DNA of 63,686 bases, counting the filler. It is 4 parts of 4 records of this genome, joined end to end, with 100 filler letters (N's around TTAATTAATTAA, not from the genome) between each part and the next. Parts side by side here need not be neighbours in the genome. Positions count along the whole stretch, not along the records: positions 9,010 to 40,838 come from SRR20825019_1491; 3 more parts are not named here. One strand, 5' to 3'. The notes beneath the pieces were generated by a model. It was not told the origin of the DNA, did no database searches, and was given only the letters and a program-made list of their open reading frames with translations. The position numbers were made by a program, and so were the translations under genes. Every line of letters begins with the position of its first letter. Positions within the stretch are counted from its first letter, which is position 1. This document shows positions 9,699-21,574 of this stretch, one piece after another.

Positions 9699-11279
9699 AT
9701 GTCGTCCGAACCTGAGCAGACAGAAACACCAAAGGCGTTGCCCAAACCACCAGGGCTGTTGAGGTCATCCGGAGTCGTTGGCTCAATGACGATGCTGTCA
9801 CGGGTCCTCGGTTTGGTAAGGGATATGGTGATTGCGCGTTATTTTGGTGCCGGGGCGGGCGCCGACGCGTTTTTCGTCGCCTTCAAAATCCCTAATTTTC
9901 TCCGCCGCCTGTTTGCCGAGGGTGCGTTCGCTCAGGCCTTCGTACCGGTGCTTTCCTCGTATCGGCAGCAGGAGTCCATCACCGAAGTCCGGCGTTTGGT
10001 TAACGCGGTCGCAGGCGTCCTTGGGTTGGTTCTGTTGGGCGTGACGGCAGTTGCCATGCTGGGGGCGCCGCTTCTGACCGCAGTGTTTGCGCCAGGTTTT
10101 CTGGATGACGACCTCAAGTTCGGCCTGGCCAGCGATATGCTGCGGATTACCTTCCCGTATTTGCTGCTGGTCTCCCTGACGGCGTTTGCGGGTAGTATTC
10201 TCAATAGCTACGACCGTTTTGCCGTTCCCGCGTTTACGCCAGTGTTGCTCAATCTGGCGATGATCAGCGCGGCCATATTTCTCTCGCCCCTGATGGAAAC
10301 GCCTGTCATCGCTTTGGCTTGGGGGGTATTTATCGCCGGGGCGTTGCAGCTGTTCTTTCAGTTACCCTTCCTGATGCAGTTAGGGTTGATGCCGCGGCCA
10401 AAAGTGGATTACAGGCACGAAGGGGTCCGTCGCATCATGAAGCTGATGGTGCCGGCGTTGTTCGGGGTTTCTGTCAGCCAGATCAATCTGCTTCTGGACA
10501 CGGTTCTTGCGTCGTTTCTGCAGACCGGCAGTGTGTCCTGGCTTTACTACTCGGATCGCCTGTCGGAGTTGCCCCTGGGTGTATTCGGTATCGCTATTGC
10601 CACGGTGATTCTTCCCAGTCTGTCCCGCAAACACGCAGCGGAATCGGCAGACCAGTTTGCCGCAACGCTGGACTGGGCTGTGCGGGCGGTCCTGCTTATC
10701 GGTCTGCCTGCCGCGTTGGCCCTCGCTCTTCTGGCTGAGCCACTGATTGCGACTCTGTTCCACTACGGAGAAGTTACCGATCGCGACGTCACCATGGCGG
10801 CCCAAAGCCTGCGTGCATACTCCGCCGGATTGCTGGCCTTCATGTTGATCAAGGTGCTGGCGCCGGGGTATTTCGCACGGCAAGACACCAAGACGCCGGT
10901 TAAAATCGGCATTATCGCGATGGTGGCCAATATGGTATTTAACCTGGCGCTGATTTTCCCCTTGGCACATGCGGGGCTGGCGTTGGCAACTTCGCTGTCT
11001 GCGTGGTTGAACACGGCGCTCCTGTGGCGTGGCCTTATCCGTGAAGGCGCCTGGAAATGGCAGCCGGGGTGGACCCGCTTCCTGGTTCAGATCGGACTTG
11101 CCAATGCGGCCCTGGCTGCGGTCATCCTCTGGCTACAGCCGCCAGTGGGTCAGTGGCTGATGGCAGGCGGTCTCCAGCGGGCCACGGATATGGGTATTCT
11201 CGTAGTCTCGGGCGTCGCGGTGTACTTTATTGTGTTGGCATTGGCTGGGGTTCGGGTAAGACATTTTCGCCACAGGTAG
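9699..11279 (+). CDS. murJ: Lipid II flippase MurJ (MviN)
   Basis: SRVLGLVRD, AFKIPNFLRRLFAEGAF, multiple TM helices; rpsT-murJ-ribF synteny. Confidence 0.97.
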   Translation: MSSEPEQTETPKALPKPPGLLRSSGVVGSMTMLSRVLGLVRDMVIARYFGAGAGADAFFVAFKIPNFLRRLFAEGAFAQAFVPVLSSYRQQESITEVRRLVNAVAGVLGLVLLGVTAVAMLGAPLLTAVFAPGFLDDDLKFGLASDMLRITFPYLLLVSLTAFAGSILNSYDRFAVPAFTPVLLNLAMISAAIFLSPLMETPVIALAWGVFIAGALQLFFQLPFLMQLGLMPRPKVDYRHEGVRRIMKLMVPALFGVSVSQINLLLDTVLASFLQTGSVSWLYYSDRLSELPLGVFGIAIATVILPSLSRKHAAESADQFAATLDWAVRAVLLIGLPAALALALLAEPLIATLFHYGEVTDRDVTMAAQSLRAYSAGLLAFMLIKVLAPGYFARQDTKTPVKIGIIAMVANMVFNLALIFPLAHAGLALATSLSAWLNTALLWRGLIREGAWKWQPGWTRFLVQIGLANAALAAVILWLQPPVGQWLMAGGLQRATDMGILVVSGVAVYFIVLALAGVRVRHFRHR

Positions 11280-11344
11280 GTTATAATCGCGCGTTTTCTC
11301 ACCAGTGAAACCATACACCGCTGGCAAACAAGGGTTCGCTTTAC

Positions 11345-12316
11345 ATGCGTCTGATCCGGGGCCTGACCAACCTGAAAAGCCTTTCGCAGCAGGACGAAGC
11401 TCCGCTCGCGAACGGGTGCGTTGCCACCATCGGGAATTTCGATGGGGTGCATCTTGGGCACCAGACCATCATCGACCAGGTTCATGAAAAAGCACTGGAG
11501 CTCGGCGTGCCTTCCGTGGTGATGGTGTTTGAGCCCCAACCCCGTGAGTTCTTCCAGGGCCGTGACGCACCCCCACGGTTGATGCCGTTCCGGCAGAAAT
11601 TTGAATTGCTGCTGGCGTCTGGCATCGACGTTGTCCTGTGCCTGCGTTTTAACGAGCGGTTCCGGAGTTACTCTGGTATGGGCTTTATTGAAGACGTTTT
11701 GATAGATGGCCTCGGAGTTCGCCATCTCGTGGTAGGGGACGATTTCCGTTTCGGTTGCGACAGGGCCGGCGATTTTTCGCTGTTGCGTGAAGTGGGTGTG
11801 CAACGCGGCTTCACGGTGGAGAATACCCGTACCGTGACGGTGCACGGCGAGCGTGTCAGCAGTACCCGAATTCGAGGTGTGCTTTCAGAGAACCGGATCA
11901 ACGACGCCGAGGATTTACTGGGCCATCCTTACCGCATCCGAGGGCGAATCGTTTATGGCCGCCAGTTGGGGCGGCAGATTGGCGCGCCCACGGCGAACAT
12001 TCTGTTACCTCATATGCCGGCGCTGAAAGGGGTCTATGTGGTAAGCGCAACCCTTGAGGATGGCCGTGTTCTGGACGGCGTAGCCAACATTGGTCTGCGC
12101 CCCACAGTGGATGGTAAGCAGCCGTCCCTGGAAGTGCACCTGTTTGACTTTGCTGGCACACTTTATGGCCAGCGTCTTGATGTGGTTTTCCGCCATGCCC
12201 TGCGGGACGAGGTGAAATTCGACTCGGTGGATGACCTCAAGGAGCAGATTGCCCGTGACTTTGACGATGCGCGGGCTTGGATTGCAGGCCATGGCTCCTC
12301 AGCCACCGAACGTTGA
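11345..12316 (+). CDS. ribF: Bifunctional riboflavin kinase/FAD synthetase
   Basis: TIGNFDGVHLGH, VSSTRIR, GAPTAN, RPT motifs. Confidence 0.97.
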   Translation: MRLIRGLTNLKSLSQQDEAPLANGCVATIGNFDGVHLGHQTIIDQVHEKALELGVPSVVMVFEPQPREFFQGRDAPPRLMPFRQKFELLLASGIDVVLCLRFNERFRSYSGMGFIEDVLIDGLGVRHLVVGDDFRFGCDRAGDFSLLREVGVQRGFTVENTRTVTVHGERVSSTRIRGVLSENRINDAEDLLGHPYRIRGRIVYGRQLGRQIGAPTANILLPHMPALKGVYVVSATLEDGRVLDGVANIGLRPTVDGKQPSLEVHLFDFAGTLYGQRLDVVFRHALRDEVKFDSVDDLKEQIARDFDDARAWIAGHGSSATER

Positions 12317-12351
12317 CCGACATTTAACAACCTGAGCTACGCACCATTACC

Positions 12352-15171
12352 ATGAGCGACTACAAGCACACTCTGAATCTGCCTGAAACCGCCTTTCCCA
12401 TGCGCGGTAACCTGGCCAAGCGCGAGCCAGACATGCTCCAGCGCTGGCAGGACCTGGACGTATACGGCAACCTGCGCAAGCAGCGTGAGGGGCGGGACAA
12501 GTTCATCCTCCATGATGGCCCTCCTTACGCCAATGGCAGCATTCATATCGGTCATGCGGTCAATAAAATCCTCAAGGATATGATCGTCAAATCCCGCAGC
12601 TTCATGGGTTACGACGCGCCTTATGTGCCGGGCTGGGACTGCCATGGCTTACCAATTGAGCACAAGGTGGAGCAGGAGATTGGCAAGGCGGGTGTGAAGG
12701 TGGATTACAAGACCTTCCGTCAGGCCTGTCGTGATTACGCTACCAAACAGATCGCCGGCCAGAAGGCCGATTTCATCCGCCTTGGGGTGATGGGTGAATG
12801 GGAAAAGCCGTACCTGACCATGGACCCGAAGGTCGAGGCGGGCATTGTGCGTGCTTTGGGCAAAATAGTCGCCAAAGGCCATCTGGTGCGGGGGTTCAAG
12901 CCGGTGTACTGGAGCGTGGTCGGTCAGTCTGCACTGGCGGAAGCCGAAGTTGAGTACCAGGACAAGACGTCAGTACAGATCGATGTGCGGTTCACGGTCG
13001 TAGACCAGGCGCGCGTGCTCGACCTGTTTGGTACCGACAAGGGCGAGGGTGATGTGTCGGTTGTTATCTGGACGACGACACCCTGGACCATTCCCGCCAA
13101 CCAAGCTGTTTCACTGCACGCTGAGCTGGAATATGCCCTGGTACAGACCGATGCCGGACATGGACGGGAGCGTATGATCCTCGCCGCGGACATGGTGGAT
13201 GGCATCATGTCGCGTTGGGGTGTTGAGAACTATGAGGTACTGGCGACTGTACCAGGCGCCACGCTGGAAAAACTGGATCTGCATCATCCGGTGTATGACA
13301 AGCAGGTGCCGCTGGTCCTGGGCGACCATGTGTCCACTGACGCTGGTACCGGCGCCGTCCACACGGCCCCCGATCATGGCATGGAAGACTTTGAAGTGGG
13401 GAAGGCCTACGGCATTGATACCATCAGCCTGGTCAAGGCCGATGGCACCTATACCCAGGCCGCCGGTGAGTTTGCTGGCGTTCACGTCTACAAGGCGGAT
13501 GACCCTGTGTGTTCAGCTCTGGAACGCGAGGGCAAGTTGATCCGGGCGGAGAAGTTCAGCCACAGCTACCCCCATTGCTGGCGTACCAAGACACCGTTGA
13601 TCTACCGAGCCACCCCTCAGTGGTTTATCAGCATGGAGAAGGAAAACCTCCGTGACGACGCCCTGGAAGCCATCAAGGGTGTGCGCTGGGTGCCTGCCTG
13701 GGGCCAGAACCGCATCGAGGCCATGTTCAGGCAATCCCCGGACTGGTGCATCTCGCGCCAGCGTACCTGGGGCGTGCCGATCACATTGTTTATCCACAAG
13801 GAAACGCAGGAACTGCATCCGGATACCCAGAATCTGATTGAGGCGGCAGCGAAGGAAATCGAAAAGGGCGGTATTGACGCCTGGTACGACATCGATACCA
13901 CTGAGCTGCTGGGCAGTGATGCCGACCAGTATGAAAAGGTGTTGGATACCCTGGACGTATGGTTTGATTCCGGAGTAACCCACGAATCCGTGCTGCGTCC
14001 CCGCACCGAACTGGGTCAGTTCCCGGCAGATATGTATCTGGAAGGTTCAGACCAGCACCGTGGCTGGTTCCAGTCGTCCCTGAAAACCTCCATCGCGATG
14101 AACGGCGTGGCGCCGTATAAGCAGGTGCTGACCCATGGCTTCACCGTCGATGGTAAGGGCCGCAAGATGTCCAAGTCCCTGGGCAACGTGATCGCGCCCC
14201 AGGAAGTGATGAACGAGCTGGGTGCCGATATCCTGCGTCTATGGGTGTCCGCGACCGACTACAGCGGTGAAATGACGGTTTCCAAGGACATCCTCAAGCA
14301 GACTGCGGACGGTTATCGTCGTATCCGGAATACCGCTCGCTTCCTGCTCAGCAACCTCACCGGTTTCGATCCGGAGCAGCATGCCGTTGCGCCAGAGGAT
14401 ATGATCGCGCTGGACCGCTGGATGGTCGACAAGGCCCTGCAGCTGCAGACGGAGCTGCATGAGGATTACCAGAATTACGCGTTCCTGCGCATCTACCAGA
14501 AGGTGTACAACTTCTGCGAGGCCACCCTGGGCGGGTTCTATCTGGATATTATCAAGGACCGGCAATACACCACTCAGGCCGACAGCCGCGAGCGTCGCTC
14601 CTGTCAGACGGCCCTGTTCCATGTGGCAGAAGCGCTGGTGCGTTGGATTGCGCCGATCCTGAGTTTCACGGCCGATGAAATCTGGCAGCACCTGCCCGGT
14701 AAGCGTGGCGATACCGTGTTCTACGAAACCTGGTACGAAGGCCTGACAGCACTGCCGGGCGACGCCGAACTGGGCCGTGATTACTGGAGCCGTATTTACA
14801 GCGTTAAAGAAGCGGTGAATAAGTGCCTGGAAGAGGTTCGTGGCAGGGGAGAAATCAAAGGTTCCCTCAGTGCGGAAGTGACTCTCTACTGCGAAGGCGA
14901 CCTTGCCAAGGATCTGCAGTACCTTGGTGAAGAGTTACGCTTTGTGCTGATTACTTCGGAAGCCACGGTAGCACCGGTGTCTGACGCCGGCGACGCGGAG
15001 CCGACGTCCCACGAGGGATTGCTTGTAAAAGTAAACCCCGCCGGACACGCCAAGTGTGAACGCTGCTGGCATCATCGGGCCGATGTCGGTCAGAGTGAGC
15101 AGTATGGCGACCTGTGTGGTCGTTGTGTGACCAACGTGGAAGGGCAGGGCGAGTCCCGCTCGTTCGCCTGA
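12352..15171 (+). CDS. ileS: Isoleucine--tRNA ligase
   Basis: [19 protein letters not shown]-terminal CERCW...CGRC zinc finger. Confidence 0.99.
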   Translation: MSDYKHTLNLPETAFPMRGNLAKREPDMLQRWQDLDVYGNLRKQREGRDKFILHDGPPYANGSIHIGHAVNKILKDMIVKSRSFMGYDAPYVPGWDCHGLPIEHKVEQEIGKAGVKVDYKTFRQACRDYATKQIAGQKADFIRLGVMGEWEKPYLTMDPKVEAGIVRALGKIVAKGHLVRGFKPVYWSVVGQSALAEAEVEYQDKTSVQIDVRFTVVDQARVLDLFGTDKGEGDVSVVIWTTTPWTIPANQAVSLHAELEYALVQTDAGHGRERMILAADMVDGIMSRWGVENYEVLATVPGATLEKLDLHHPVYDKQVPLVLGDHVSTDAGTGAVHTAPDHGMEDFEVGKAYGIDTISLVKADGTYTQAAGEFAGVHVYKADDPVCSALEREGKLIRAEKFSHSYPHCWRTKTPLIYRATPQWFISMEKENLRDDALEAIKGVRWVPAWGQNRIEAMFRQSPDWCISRQRTWGVPITLFIHKETQELHPDTQNLIEAAAKEIEKGGIDAWYDIDTTELLGSDADQYEKVLDTLDVWFDSGVTHESVLRPRTELGQFPADMYLEGSDQHRGWFQSSLKTSIAMNGVAPYKQVLTHGFTVDGKGRKMSKSLGNVIAPQEVMNELGADILRLWVSATDYSGEMTVSKDILKQTADGYRRIRNTARFLLSNLTGFDPEQHAVAPEDMIALDRWMVDKALQLQTELHEDYQNYAFLRIYQKVYNFCEATLGGFYLDIIKDRQYTTQADSRERRSCQTALFHVAEALVRWIAPILSFTADEIWQHLPGKRGDTVFYETWYEGLTALPGDAELGRDYWSRIYSVKEAVNKCLEEVRGRGEIKGSLSAEVTLYCEGDLAKDLQYLGEELRFVLITSEATVAPVSDAGDAEPTSHEGLLVKVNPAGHAKCERCWHHRADVGQSEQYGDLCGRCVTNVEGQGESRSFA

Positions 15172-15184
15172 TGGACGTCGCCTT

Positions 15185-15715
15185 GTGGAAAGCGTAATGA
15201 CCAATACGGAAGAAACCGGCTCCAAGCTCCGCTGGCTCTGGCTGGCGGTGCTCGTTATCGTGCTGGACCTTGGGAGCAAGGCCATGGCTACGGCCATGCT
15301 GACCTATGGCAACCCGGTACCGGTAATGCCACTGTTCAATCTGACCTTGCTGCACAACACCGGTGCGGCGTTTAGCTTTCTGGCCGGTGCCGCAGGTTGG
15401 CAACGCTGGTTTTTTGTCTCCTTGGCACTGGTGGTCAGCGTAGTTCTGGTTGTATGGCTGAAATCCCTGCGGCGCCATGAAACCTGGTCGGCGATTGCCA
15501 TCGTATTAATCCTTGGCGGCGCGCTGGGTAACGTTTACGACCGCGTTGTTCATGGCTACGTGGTCGACTTCCTGCATTTTTACTGGAACGGCTACCATTT
15601 TCCCGCTTTTAACATCGCCGATACGGCCATCACTATTGGTGCCGGTATGATGATTCTGGATATATTCCGCAAGCCCCGGGAACCGGATGCGGACAACAGG
15701 AGCGACAATCGCTGA
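15185..15715 (+). CDS. lspA: Lipoprotein signal peptidase II
   Basis: [25 protein letters not shown] motifs. Confidence 0.97.
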   Translation: MESVMTNTEETGSKLRWLWLAVLVIVLDLGSKAMATAMLTYGNPVPVMPLFNLTLLHNTGAAFSFLAGAAGWQRWFFVSLALVVSVVLVVWLKSLRRHETWSAIAIVLILGGALGNVYDRVVHGYVVDFLHFYWNGYHFPAFNIADTAITIGAGMMILDIFRKPREPDADNRSDNR

Positions 15716-16167
15716 TGAAAGAACTTCCCGTAGATCAGGGCACTCGCGTTACGCTTCATTTTGCGTTGAAGTTCAGTGACGGTGAGATCATTGATTCCAC
15801 TTTCGAGAAAGAGCCGGCAACACTGGAGATTGGTGACGAGAACCTGCCGGAAAATTTTGAGGCCTACCTGATGGGTATGACGGCGGGCGACCGCAATAGC
15901 TTCGAAGTACCTCCTGAAAAGGCCTTTGGGCAGCATAATCCGAGTAACGTGCAAACGTTCAAGCGGAGTGAGTTCAGCGCGGACATGGTGCTTGAAAAGG
16001 GGGTTATGATCTCATTCGCGGATGCGCGTCAGAGTGAGTTGCCGGGCGTCGTTAGCCGTGTGGAAGGGGATCAGGTCGAGGTGGACTTTAATCACCCTCT
16101 GGCGGGGCGTACACTGACATTCGAAGTGGAAGTTATTGATGTGGAGCCTGTTGGTCGGGCCCACTAA
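15715..16167 (+). CDS. fkpB: FKBP-type peptidyl-prolyl isomerase (SlpA/FkpB)
   Basis: VDFNHPLAG motif; lspA-fkpB-ispH synteny. Confidence 0.93.
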   Translation: MKELPVDQGTRVTLHFALKFSDGEIIDSTFEKEPATLEIGDENLPENFEAYLMGMTAGDRNSFEVPPEKAFGQHNPSNVQTFKRSEFSADMVLEKGVMISFADARQSELPGVVSRVEGDQVEVDFNHPLAGRTLTFEVEVIDVEPVGRAH

Positions 16168-16226
16168 GCGCATTTTGGTCCTCCCTCAGGCTTCTGCAAA
16201 CTTGTTTGATATCTCAGGGCAATTCT

Positions 16227-17177
16227 ATGCAAATCCGACTCGCTAATCCTCGTGGTTTCTGTGCCGGTGTCGACCGCGCTATCGAAATAGTGAACCGTGC
16301 CCTGGATGTCTTTGGTGCGCCCATTTACGTGCGCCATGAAGTGGTGCATAACAAATTTGTGGTGGACAATCTGCGCAACCGCGGCGCTATCTTTGTGGAT
16401 GAGCTGGAAGAGGTGCCGGACGACAAGCTGGTGATCTTCAGTGCCCACGGTGTGTCCCAGGCGGTGCAGAATGAAGCCGCGCGCCGGGGGTTGAAGGTGT
16501 TCGACGCAACCTGTCCTCTGGTAACCAAGGTTCACCTCGAGGTGATGAAGTACAGTCGCGATGGGCGTGAATGCATCCTCATTGGCCATCATGGTCATCC
16601 AGAGGTGGAAGGCACCATGGGGCAGTATGACCATGGCAACGGTGGCGATATCTATCTTGTGGAAGACGAGAAAGACGTTGCCGAACTGGTCGTGAAAGAT
16701 CCGTCCAGGCTGTCTTATGTAACTCAAACCACGCTTTCCATGGACGACACCGCCCGAGTCATCGATGCCTTGCGTGAAAAGTTCCCGGACATTCAGGGCC
16801 CTCGCAAAAACGATATCTGCTACGCCACGCAGAACCGTCAGGATGCTGTGAAGCAGTTGGCCGGTGACTGTGACCTAATGCTGGTAGTGGGTTCGCCGAA
16901 CAGTTCCAATTCCAATCGATTGCGGGAGCTGGCCGAGCGCATGGGAACGCCTGCCTATCTAATAGACCAATCAAATCAAATAGATCCGACGTGGCTCGAG
17001 GGCAAGCAATCCATTGGCGTGACTGCTGGCGCGTCTGCCCCGGAAATACTGGTCAATGAGGTAATTGCGCGTTTAAGGGAACTTGGCGGCGAGGTGCCCG
17101 AAGAGATTGAGGGCAGGGAGGAGAATATCGTTTTCTCGATGCCTAAAGAATTGCGAATCGATGCCATCGAAGTCTGA
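16227..17177 (+). CDS. ispH: 4-hydroxy-3-methylbut-2-enyl diphosphate reductase
   Basis: [35 protein letters not shown]. Confidence 0.98.
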   Translation: MQIRLANPRGFCAGVDRAIEIVNRALDVFGAPIYVRHEVVHNKFVVDNLRNRGAIFVDELEEVPDDKLVIFSAHGVSQAVQNEAARRGLKVFDATCPLVTKVHLEVMKYSRDGRECILIGHHGHPEVEGTMGQYDHGNGGDIYLVEDEKDVAELVVKDPSRLSYVTQTTLSMDDTARVIDALREKFPDIQGPRKNDICYATQNRQDAVKQLAGDCDLMLVVGSPNSSNSNRLRELAERMGTPAYLIDQSNQIDPTWLEGKQSIGVTAGASAPEILVNEVIARLRELGGEVPEEIEGREENIVFSMPKELRIDAIEV

Positions 17178-17207
17178 TTGTGATGGCATCGTTCGTGTCA
17201 TATTCGT

Positions 17208-17615
17208 TTACCAGCACCCTGCTGCCTGGTCTGCGCCGCGATTACCCTGTTCATCCAGCGTAAGAGTTCCACAATCATCGTCTGTCTGAGGTCCGGTTGG
17301 AACTGCCTGCAAGGTAAACGCATTCCGGGCTACGTTCCCCACAAAGCTGATATCGTAGAACGCGTCTCCGTTCTGCGGCGACTGATCGAATGGCAAAACA
17401 GGATTATTACCCCCATCGCGATAATCAAAACCGTTGGAGTATCGACGCTCCATCCATTGGGTGAGTTCTAGCAGGTCTGCCTGCGCAGTCGTTCGTCGGG
17501 TTTGCTCCATCTGGCTCTGATAAAGAGGAAGCGCTATTGCTGCGATGATGGCAATGATCGCGACCGCAATCATCATCTCGATCAACGTAAAACCTGAGTT
17601 CGAGTGAGTCTTCAA
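17208..17615 (-). CDS. pilE: Type IV minor pilin PilE
   Basis: GFTLIEMMI prepilin motif and C-terminal DDCGTLTL...CW; TTG start with AGAGGG Shine-Dalgarno inferred. Confidence 0.9.
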   Translation of the reverse strand: MKTHSNSGFTLIEMMIAVAIIAIIAAIALPLYQSQMEQTRRTTAQADLLELTQWMERRYSNGFDYRDGGNNPVLPFDQSPQNGDAFYDISFVGNVARNAFTLQAVPTGPQTDDDCGTLTLDEQGNRGADQAAGCW

Positions 17616-17661
17616 AATCGTTATCCCTCTTAGTTTACTAGTGGTCGCCATTCCCGCATGG

Positions 17662-18036
17662 TCAGTTCAGAACTTCAATTTTTTGCACCAGTCGAGCGCC
17701 AGATCTCTGGTCCGCTATCCCTCCGAGTTCCAGCTTAAGACGATCACCCTGTGCGAGCCGCTGGACGACCTGTTCCCGTGACCAGGTGCCACCGTTGAAC
17801 GTGATGACGCGCTCAAGTACGAAAGAATAGTCGTCAATGACCAGCATGAACGAATCGGGGTGGACAAAGTTCACGGTTCCCTCAAAAACAACGTTCTCGA
17901 GGGATATCGGATTGCCCTCCATGACTTCATCGTCCGCCTGGGCGAATGCCATGCCGCTTGTCATTGTTGCCGCCAATGCGATTAGGGCTACGGCAAGAGC
18001 TCTGCGTGGTTGATTCAGTAGTAAGCGAGTAATCAT
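17662..18036 (-). CDS. Small secreted protein in the PilY2 position
   Basis: Signal peptide ending AFA; lies between pilY1 and pilE in the same orientation. Confidence 0.7.
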   Translation of the reverse strand: MITRLLLNQPRRALAVALIALAATMTSGMAFAQADDEVMEGNPISLENVVFEGTVNFVHPDSFMLVIDDYSFVLERVITFNGGTWSREQVVQRLAQGDRLKLELGGIADQRSGARLVQKIEVLN

Positions 18037-18095
18037 AGTATTTTCCTGCTACTCAAATAAAAGATAGTTAGCTCGTGATCGGCCAAGGCAGCTTC

Positions 18096-21000
18096 TTAGC
18101 GAAGCTGCTCCCACGTTTGTCGGCCGATGCTTGAGTCCAGGGAACGGGCACAGAGTCCATCCTCGCATGGATCTCCCGGTGACAACTGGTTGGGATCCAG
18201 GCCCGGTATCACTACTTCTGCGTCGCCGTCTTCGGTCGCAATCGTACGGTTTTCACCGCCGTAACCCACCTGGATGCCGCTTGGCGCATAGCCGCCTACG
18301 ATATCACCCGCGTTGAAGGTGCCATCGCTGTTAAGGTCGAACACGGGGGTCTCAGAAGGAACGCCGGTTGTCAGTTTAAGATCCATAATAAACCCGGTAC
18401 GCCCGCTTCCGCAGGGGTCATCATCAGGGATGACGGTAGTGAATCGAACCCGATCCGGGTTTACACCAAACGGGAAGGTTGCCCGGCTGATAACGCGCTC
18501 TCCCTGTTTGTTTGAGTTGTAGACAAGGTCCAGGTACCAGCCTTGCTGATTCGTAGACTGGTTGCTGGAGGTTTCCCGGACCGTAAAGCTGTTGGTACCG
18601 TTCCCTGACGCCTTGTTTACAGTGACCTCTTCCTGTCTGGTGATGGTCTGTTGCACCAGATCATCTCGTTCGAGCCCTGACGCAGTCAGGTCGTCTTTTA
18701 CGGCGTACAGTGTCTGGACATCGTAGTCACCTTCGTCGCCGTTTCGCAGGAAGCTACCGGTACCGAACGCTGCTACGAGTTCGTCACTGTTATTGGGGTT
18801 GAGCGCGACCCGGGGAGCCACAGTGATCGGTTGACTATTACCGGCAGGGCTTTCGGCGGTGAATACTTTGGTTGCGTCCCACTTGTTAGTGTTTCCAGTA
18901 AGGTCGAATCGCCAAAAATTGCCTAACAGATCGCCAGCGTAGGCATAACGGGTGATGGCATCTGTTTCCGGAAAACTGGTGATGGTAGCGGAGGCAAGGC
19001 CGTTTGAGTTCGCAGCGTTACCGGCTCCGGTTTGGAGTTCTTTGACGAGATTGCCGGTTTCCAGGTCAACAACAAACAGACTGGATTGACCGCTGGCCCC
19101 GTTGTAGCCATTTCCAAAAATGGCTACCCAGGTTCCATCGTCGAGGCGGGAAATCTGCGGATCGGTAACGCCGTATCCGAGATTCGGATGTTGGAATTCC
19201 CACAGCACATCATCTGCTGGAGAGAATGATCCTGGCTCGGTTATATCAAGCGCAAATACTGTTTTGCCGCCTTTGCCCATAGTTCCCAGAAGCACAGTTC
19301 GCCACTCGGAACCGTTTCCGTCTTTATCAATATAGGCATCCTGTACTCGTGGTGTGCCATCCATGAAGTATCGGTGGGTGTAGTTGGGCTTCATCAGCTC
19401 TGAAATGCGGGCATATGTATTTGAGCCCGAGGGGAGCAGCAGTTCTGATGGAATGTAGCCAAAGAGCTCTTTGCCGGTTTCGCCATCGAAGGCGTGCAGT
19501 ATGCCGTCGTTGGCAGGCACATACAGTGCATCGATCCGGGTTTGGTAAGTATTAGTAGATCGGAATGAACCGTATTCGCTCCCTTCGGTACCACCCAGGC
19601 GTGCAAACCCATAGTTGGTTTTACCGACGAACTGCGGGTTCGCGTTGATGACATCACCCAGAAGCCTAAGCACAGTATTACCTCCAGCGTCAGTGCCCTG
19701 CCGGCTTCGGAGAGTTGCGTGAGCGTCATTGTCGCCATGAAGCCAGGCCAGTCGATTATGGCCAAGGTTATCTTGAGTGGCGTTCAGTGTTGGGTCGGCA
19801 TTCAGCGCATCCCGTTGAGCAGCCGAGAGGTTAGAAAGAGAGCTGGCCGATGCGAATTCCAGGTCAACGCCGCTACTTCCATTGTGGGTGATCAATTTCC
19901 GGTCTGTCGGGAGCGTCTGTCGCAGAATTTCTTCGGCATCCCAGAGCTGTTTGCCCTGGTCGAAGCTGAACCCTGACAAAGTGCCGGACCAGTCTTCACT
20001 GCGGAAGCCCGCAAAGAAACCCAGGGAGTCAGCGCGCAAGACTGCCGAACTGACAGCTGCGGATGAGGCAGATGTCTGTGAGCGAGCAATTACATCACCA
20101 AGGAAACTCTTGATTTCGTCGGCGAACTCCTTCGGGTTCTGCGCGCTGGCATAGCCACCGCGACCGTTGATCGCCGCATGGAGCAGGTCATCAATGTTGG
20201 CAGGGCTTCGGTTCGAGCCAGGTTCGGGCCAGTTGATGGTGATGTTGTTGTCCGGGTCGAGTGCAGCAAGTGCATCGGCTTCCTTGATGTCGCCTGTGAC
20301 GCCTAGCCCGATCGTGAAGGTTGTCATGTGCTGCCAGAATGCCGGGTCGGTCGATGTGACGGGGACCTTGTTACCGAGGTCTGTGCGCAGATCGTTTTTC
20401 CAGTACTGCATCGCAACATCCGCCAGAGTGTTGGAATGCCCGTCGGTAAATGGCGACACGGCTGTGTAGTTGAAATCGGAGCCATCGGGGTCCGGATTGG
20501 TGTAGGACGGTCCCGGCGTATTGTCGACATTTCCGACAGAGGGGCTGCTTCCGTTCCAGATACCATCGGTCATAATAAGGGAGAAACTTTGGCGGCATTC
20601 AATATGTGCGGTACTGTCATTGGTGCCAGGAATTTCTCCCCACGGGCCCCGATTGTCAGTACGGGAATAGTACTTGCCGACATCCCTGAGTGCCGTTCTC
20701 AGTGGGGTGCCGCCGTTTACACTCTTGTTGTGAAGCCAGGTTAGAAATTGCTGGCGTCGAGCAGCTGTGTATGGGCGCACTCCACTGACAAGGGTATCTG
20801 TGTCGTTTACGCCATCAATGGTGTTGTTGTTGACGTTAATGGCGCCATAGCCAACCCGGATATTGTCTGGAAGATCAAAGAAGGCTTCCGTGATCCCCGA
20901 TTTGGCCGCCAGGGTCCGCGTACTGTAATAGGAAAACCAGTTCGCATAGTTTTGTTTGATGTCGGCGGAGGCATTATTGAGCAAAATCGGTGTATAGCAG

Positions 21001-21500
21001 TCGTCTTGTCGGGGATTATTATCGCAACTCGTGGACGAGTTGAACTGCATGTAAAAGCCTTCCTCAATGCTACCGATGCTGTCGAAGCGAATGTATTCAC
21101 TCAGATCATCTGTCCCATCGGATTGATCAAATCCGTTTACCCAGGCGTTGGTGTAACTCGAATTCGGATAGCGAGAGCTACCATCCGGTTTGAAGGGCGG
21201 CTGATACGTTATTGTTGGGTCGTAGTAGACCTTGTTCACACGGCTGGAGTAGTAATACCGGTTGCCGCCATGCCCATCAAGGTCATCGGGCATGTAACGC
21301 CACGCCATTGAGCCCGAATCGTCATAGACAAACACCAGGTTTGAATCGACAGACTCCTTCAGGAACAGGGGCACCTGAGCCAGGTTGACCTGTGCCATGG
21401 CGGATTGCATTGTACAGATCGAGAACACAAGGCTGGCGCTGAAGATGCCCAGCTTTGAGTAACCCGAGGGCTTTGGCGATGCTTTCTTGAACGTTTTCAT
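18096..21500 (-). CDS. pilY1: Type IV pilus tip adhesin PilY1 (vWA-like + beta-propeller)
   Basis: Signal peptide, MIDAS-like DDSGSM and MTDG, ANDGILHAF, YAGDLLGNFWRFD, DKDGNG Ca-binding-like loop, terminal GRQTWEQLR. Confidence 0.95.
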   Translation of the reverse strand: MKTFKKASPKPSGYSKLGIFSASLVFSICTMQSAMAQVNLAQVPLFLKESVDSNLVFVYDDSGSMAWRYMPDDLDGHGGNRYYYSSRVNKVYYDPTITYQPPFKPDGSSRYPNSSYTNAWVNGFDQSDGTDDLSEYIRFDSIGSIEEGFYMQFNSSTSCDNNPRQDDCYTPILLNNASADIKQNYANWFSYYSTRTLAAKSGITEAFFDLPDNIRVGYGAINVNNNTIDGVNDTDTLVSGVRPYTAARRQQFLTWLHNKSVNGGTPLRTALRDVGKYYSRTDNRGPWGEIPGTNDSTAHIECRQSFSLIMTDGIWNGSSPSVGNVDNTPGPSYTNPDPDGSDFNYTAVSPFTDGHSNTLADVAMQYWKNDLRTDLGNKVPVTSTDPAFWQHMTTFTIGLGVTGDIKEADALAALDPDNNITINWPEPGSNRSPANIDDLLHAAINGRGGYASAQNPKEFADEIKSFLGDVIARSQTSASSAAVSSAVLRADSLGFFAGFRSEDWSGTLSGFSFDQGKQLWDAEEILRQTLPTDRKLITHNGSSGVDLEFASASSLSNLSAAQRDALNADPTLNATQDNLGHNRLAWLHGDNDAHATLRSRQGTDAGGNTVLRLLGDVINANPQFVGKTNYGFARLGGTEGSEYGSFRSTNTYQTRIDALYVPANDGILHAFDGETGKELFGYIPSELLLPSGSNTYARISELMKPNYTHRYFMDGTPRVQDAYIDKDGNGSEWRTVLLGTMGKGGKTVFALDITEPGSFSPADDVLWEFQHPNLGYGVTDPQISRLDDGTWVAIFGNGYNGASGQSSLFVVDLETGNLVKELQTGAGNAANSNGLASATITSFPETDAITRYAYAGDLLGNFWRFDLTGNTNKWDATKVFTAESPAGNSQPITVAPRVALNPNNSDELVAAFGTGSFLRNGDEGDYDVQTLYAVKDDLTASGLERDDLVQQTITRQEEVTVNKASGNGTNSFTVRETSSNQSTNQQGWYLDLVYNSNKQGERVISRATFPFGVNPDRVRFTTVIPDDDPCGSGRTGFIMDLKLTTGVPSETPVFDLNSDGTFNAGDIVGGYAPSGIQVGYGGENRTIATEDGDAEVVIPGLDPNQLSPGDPCEDGLCARSLDSSIGRQTWEQLR

Positions 21501-21574
21501 GGCAAACTCTCCAGTTGGAGTCAGCAATTCATTATGGTGTTTGTCAGACGGCGGTTTTCAACACAAGCCGCCGT

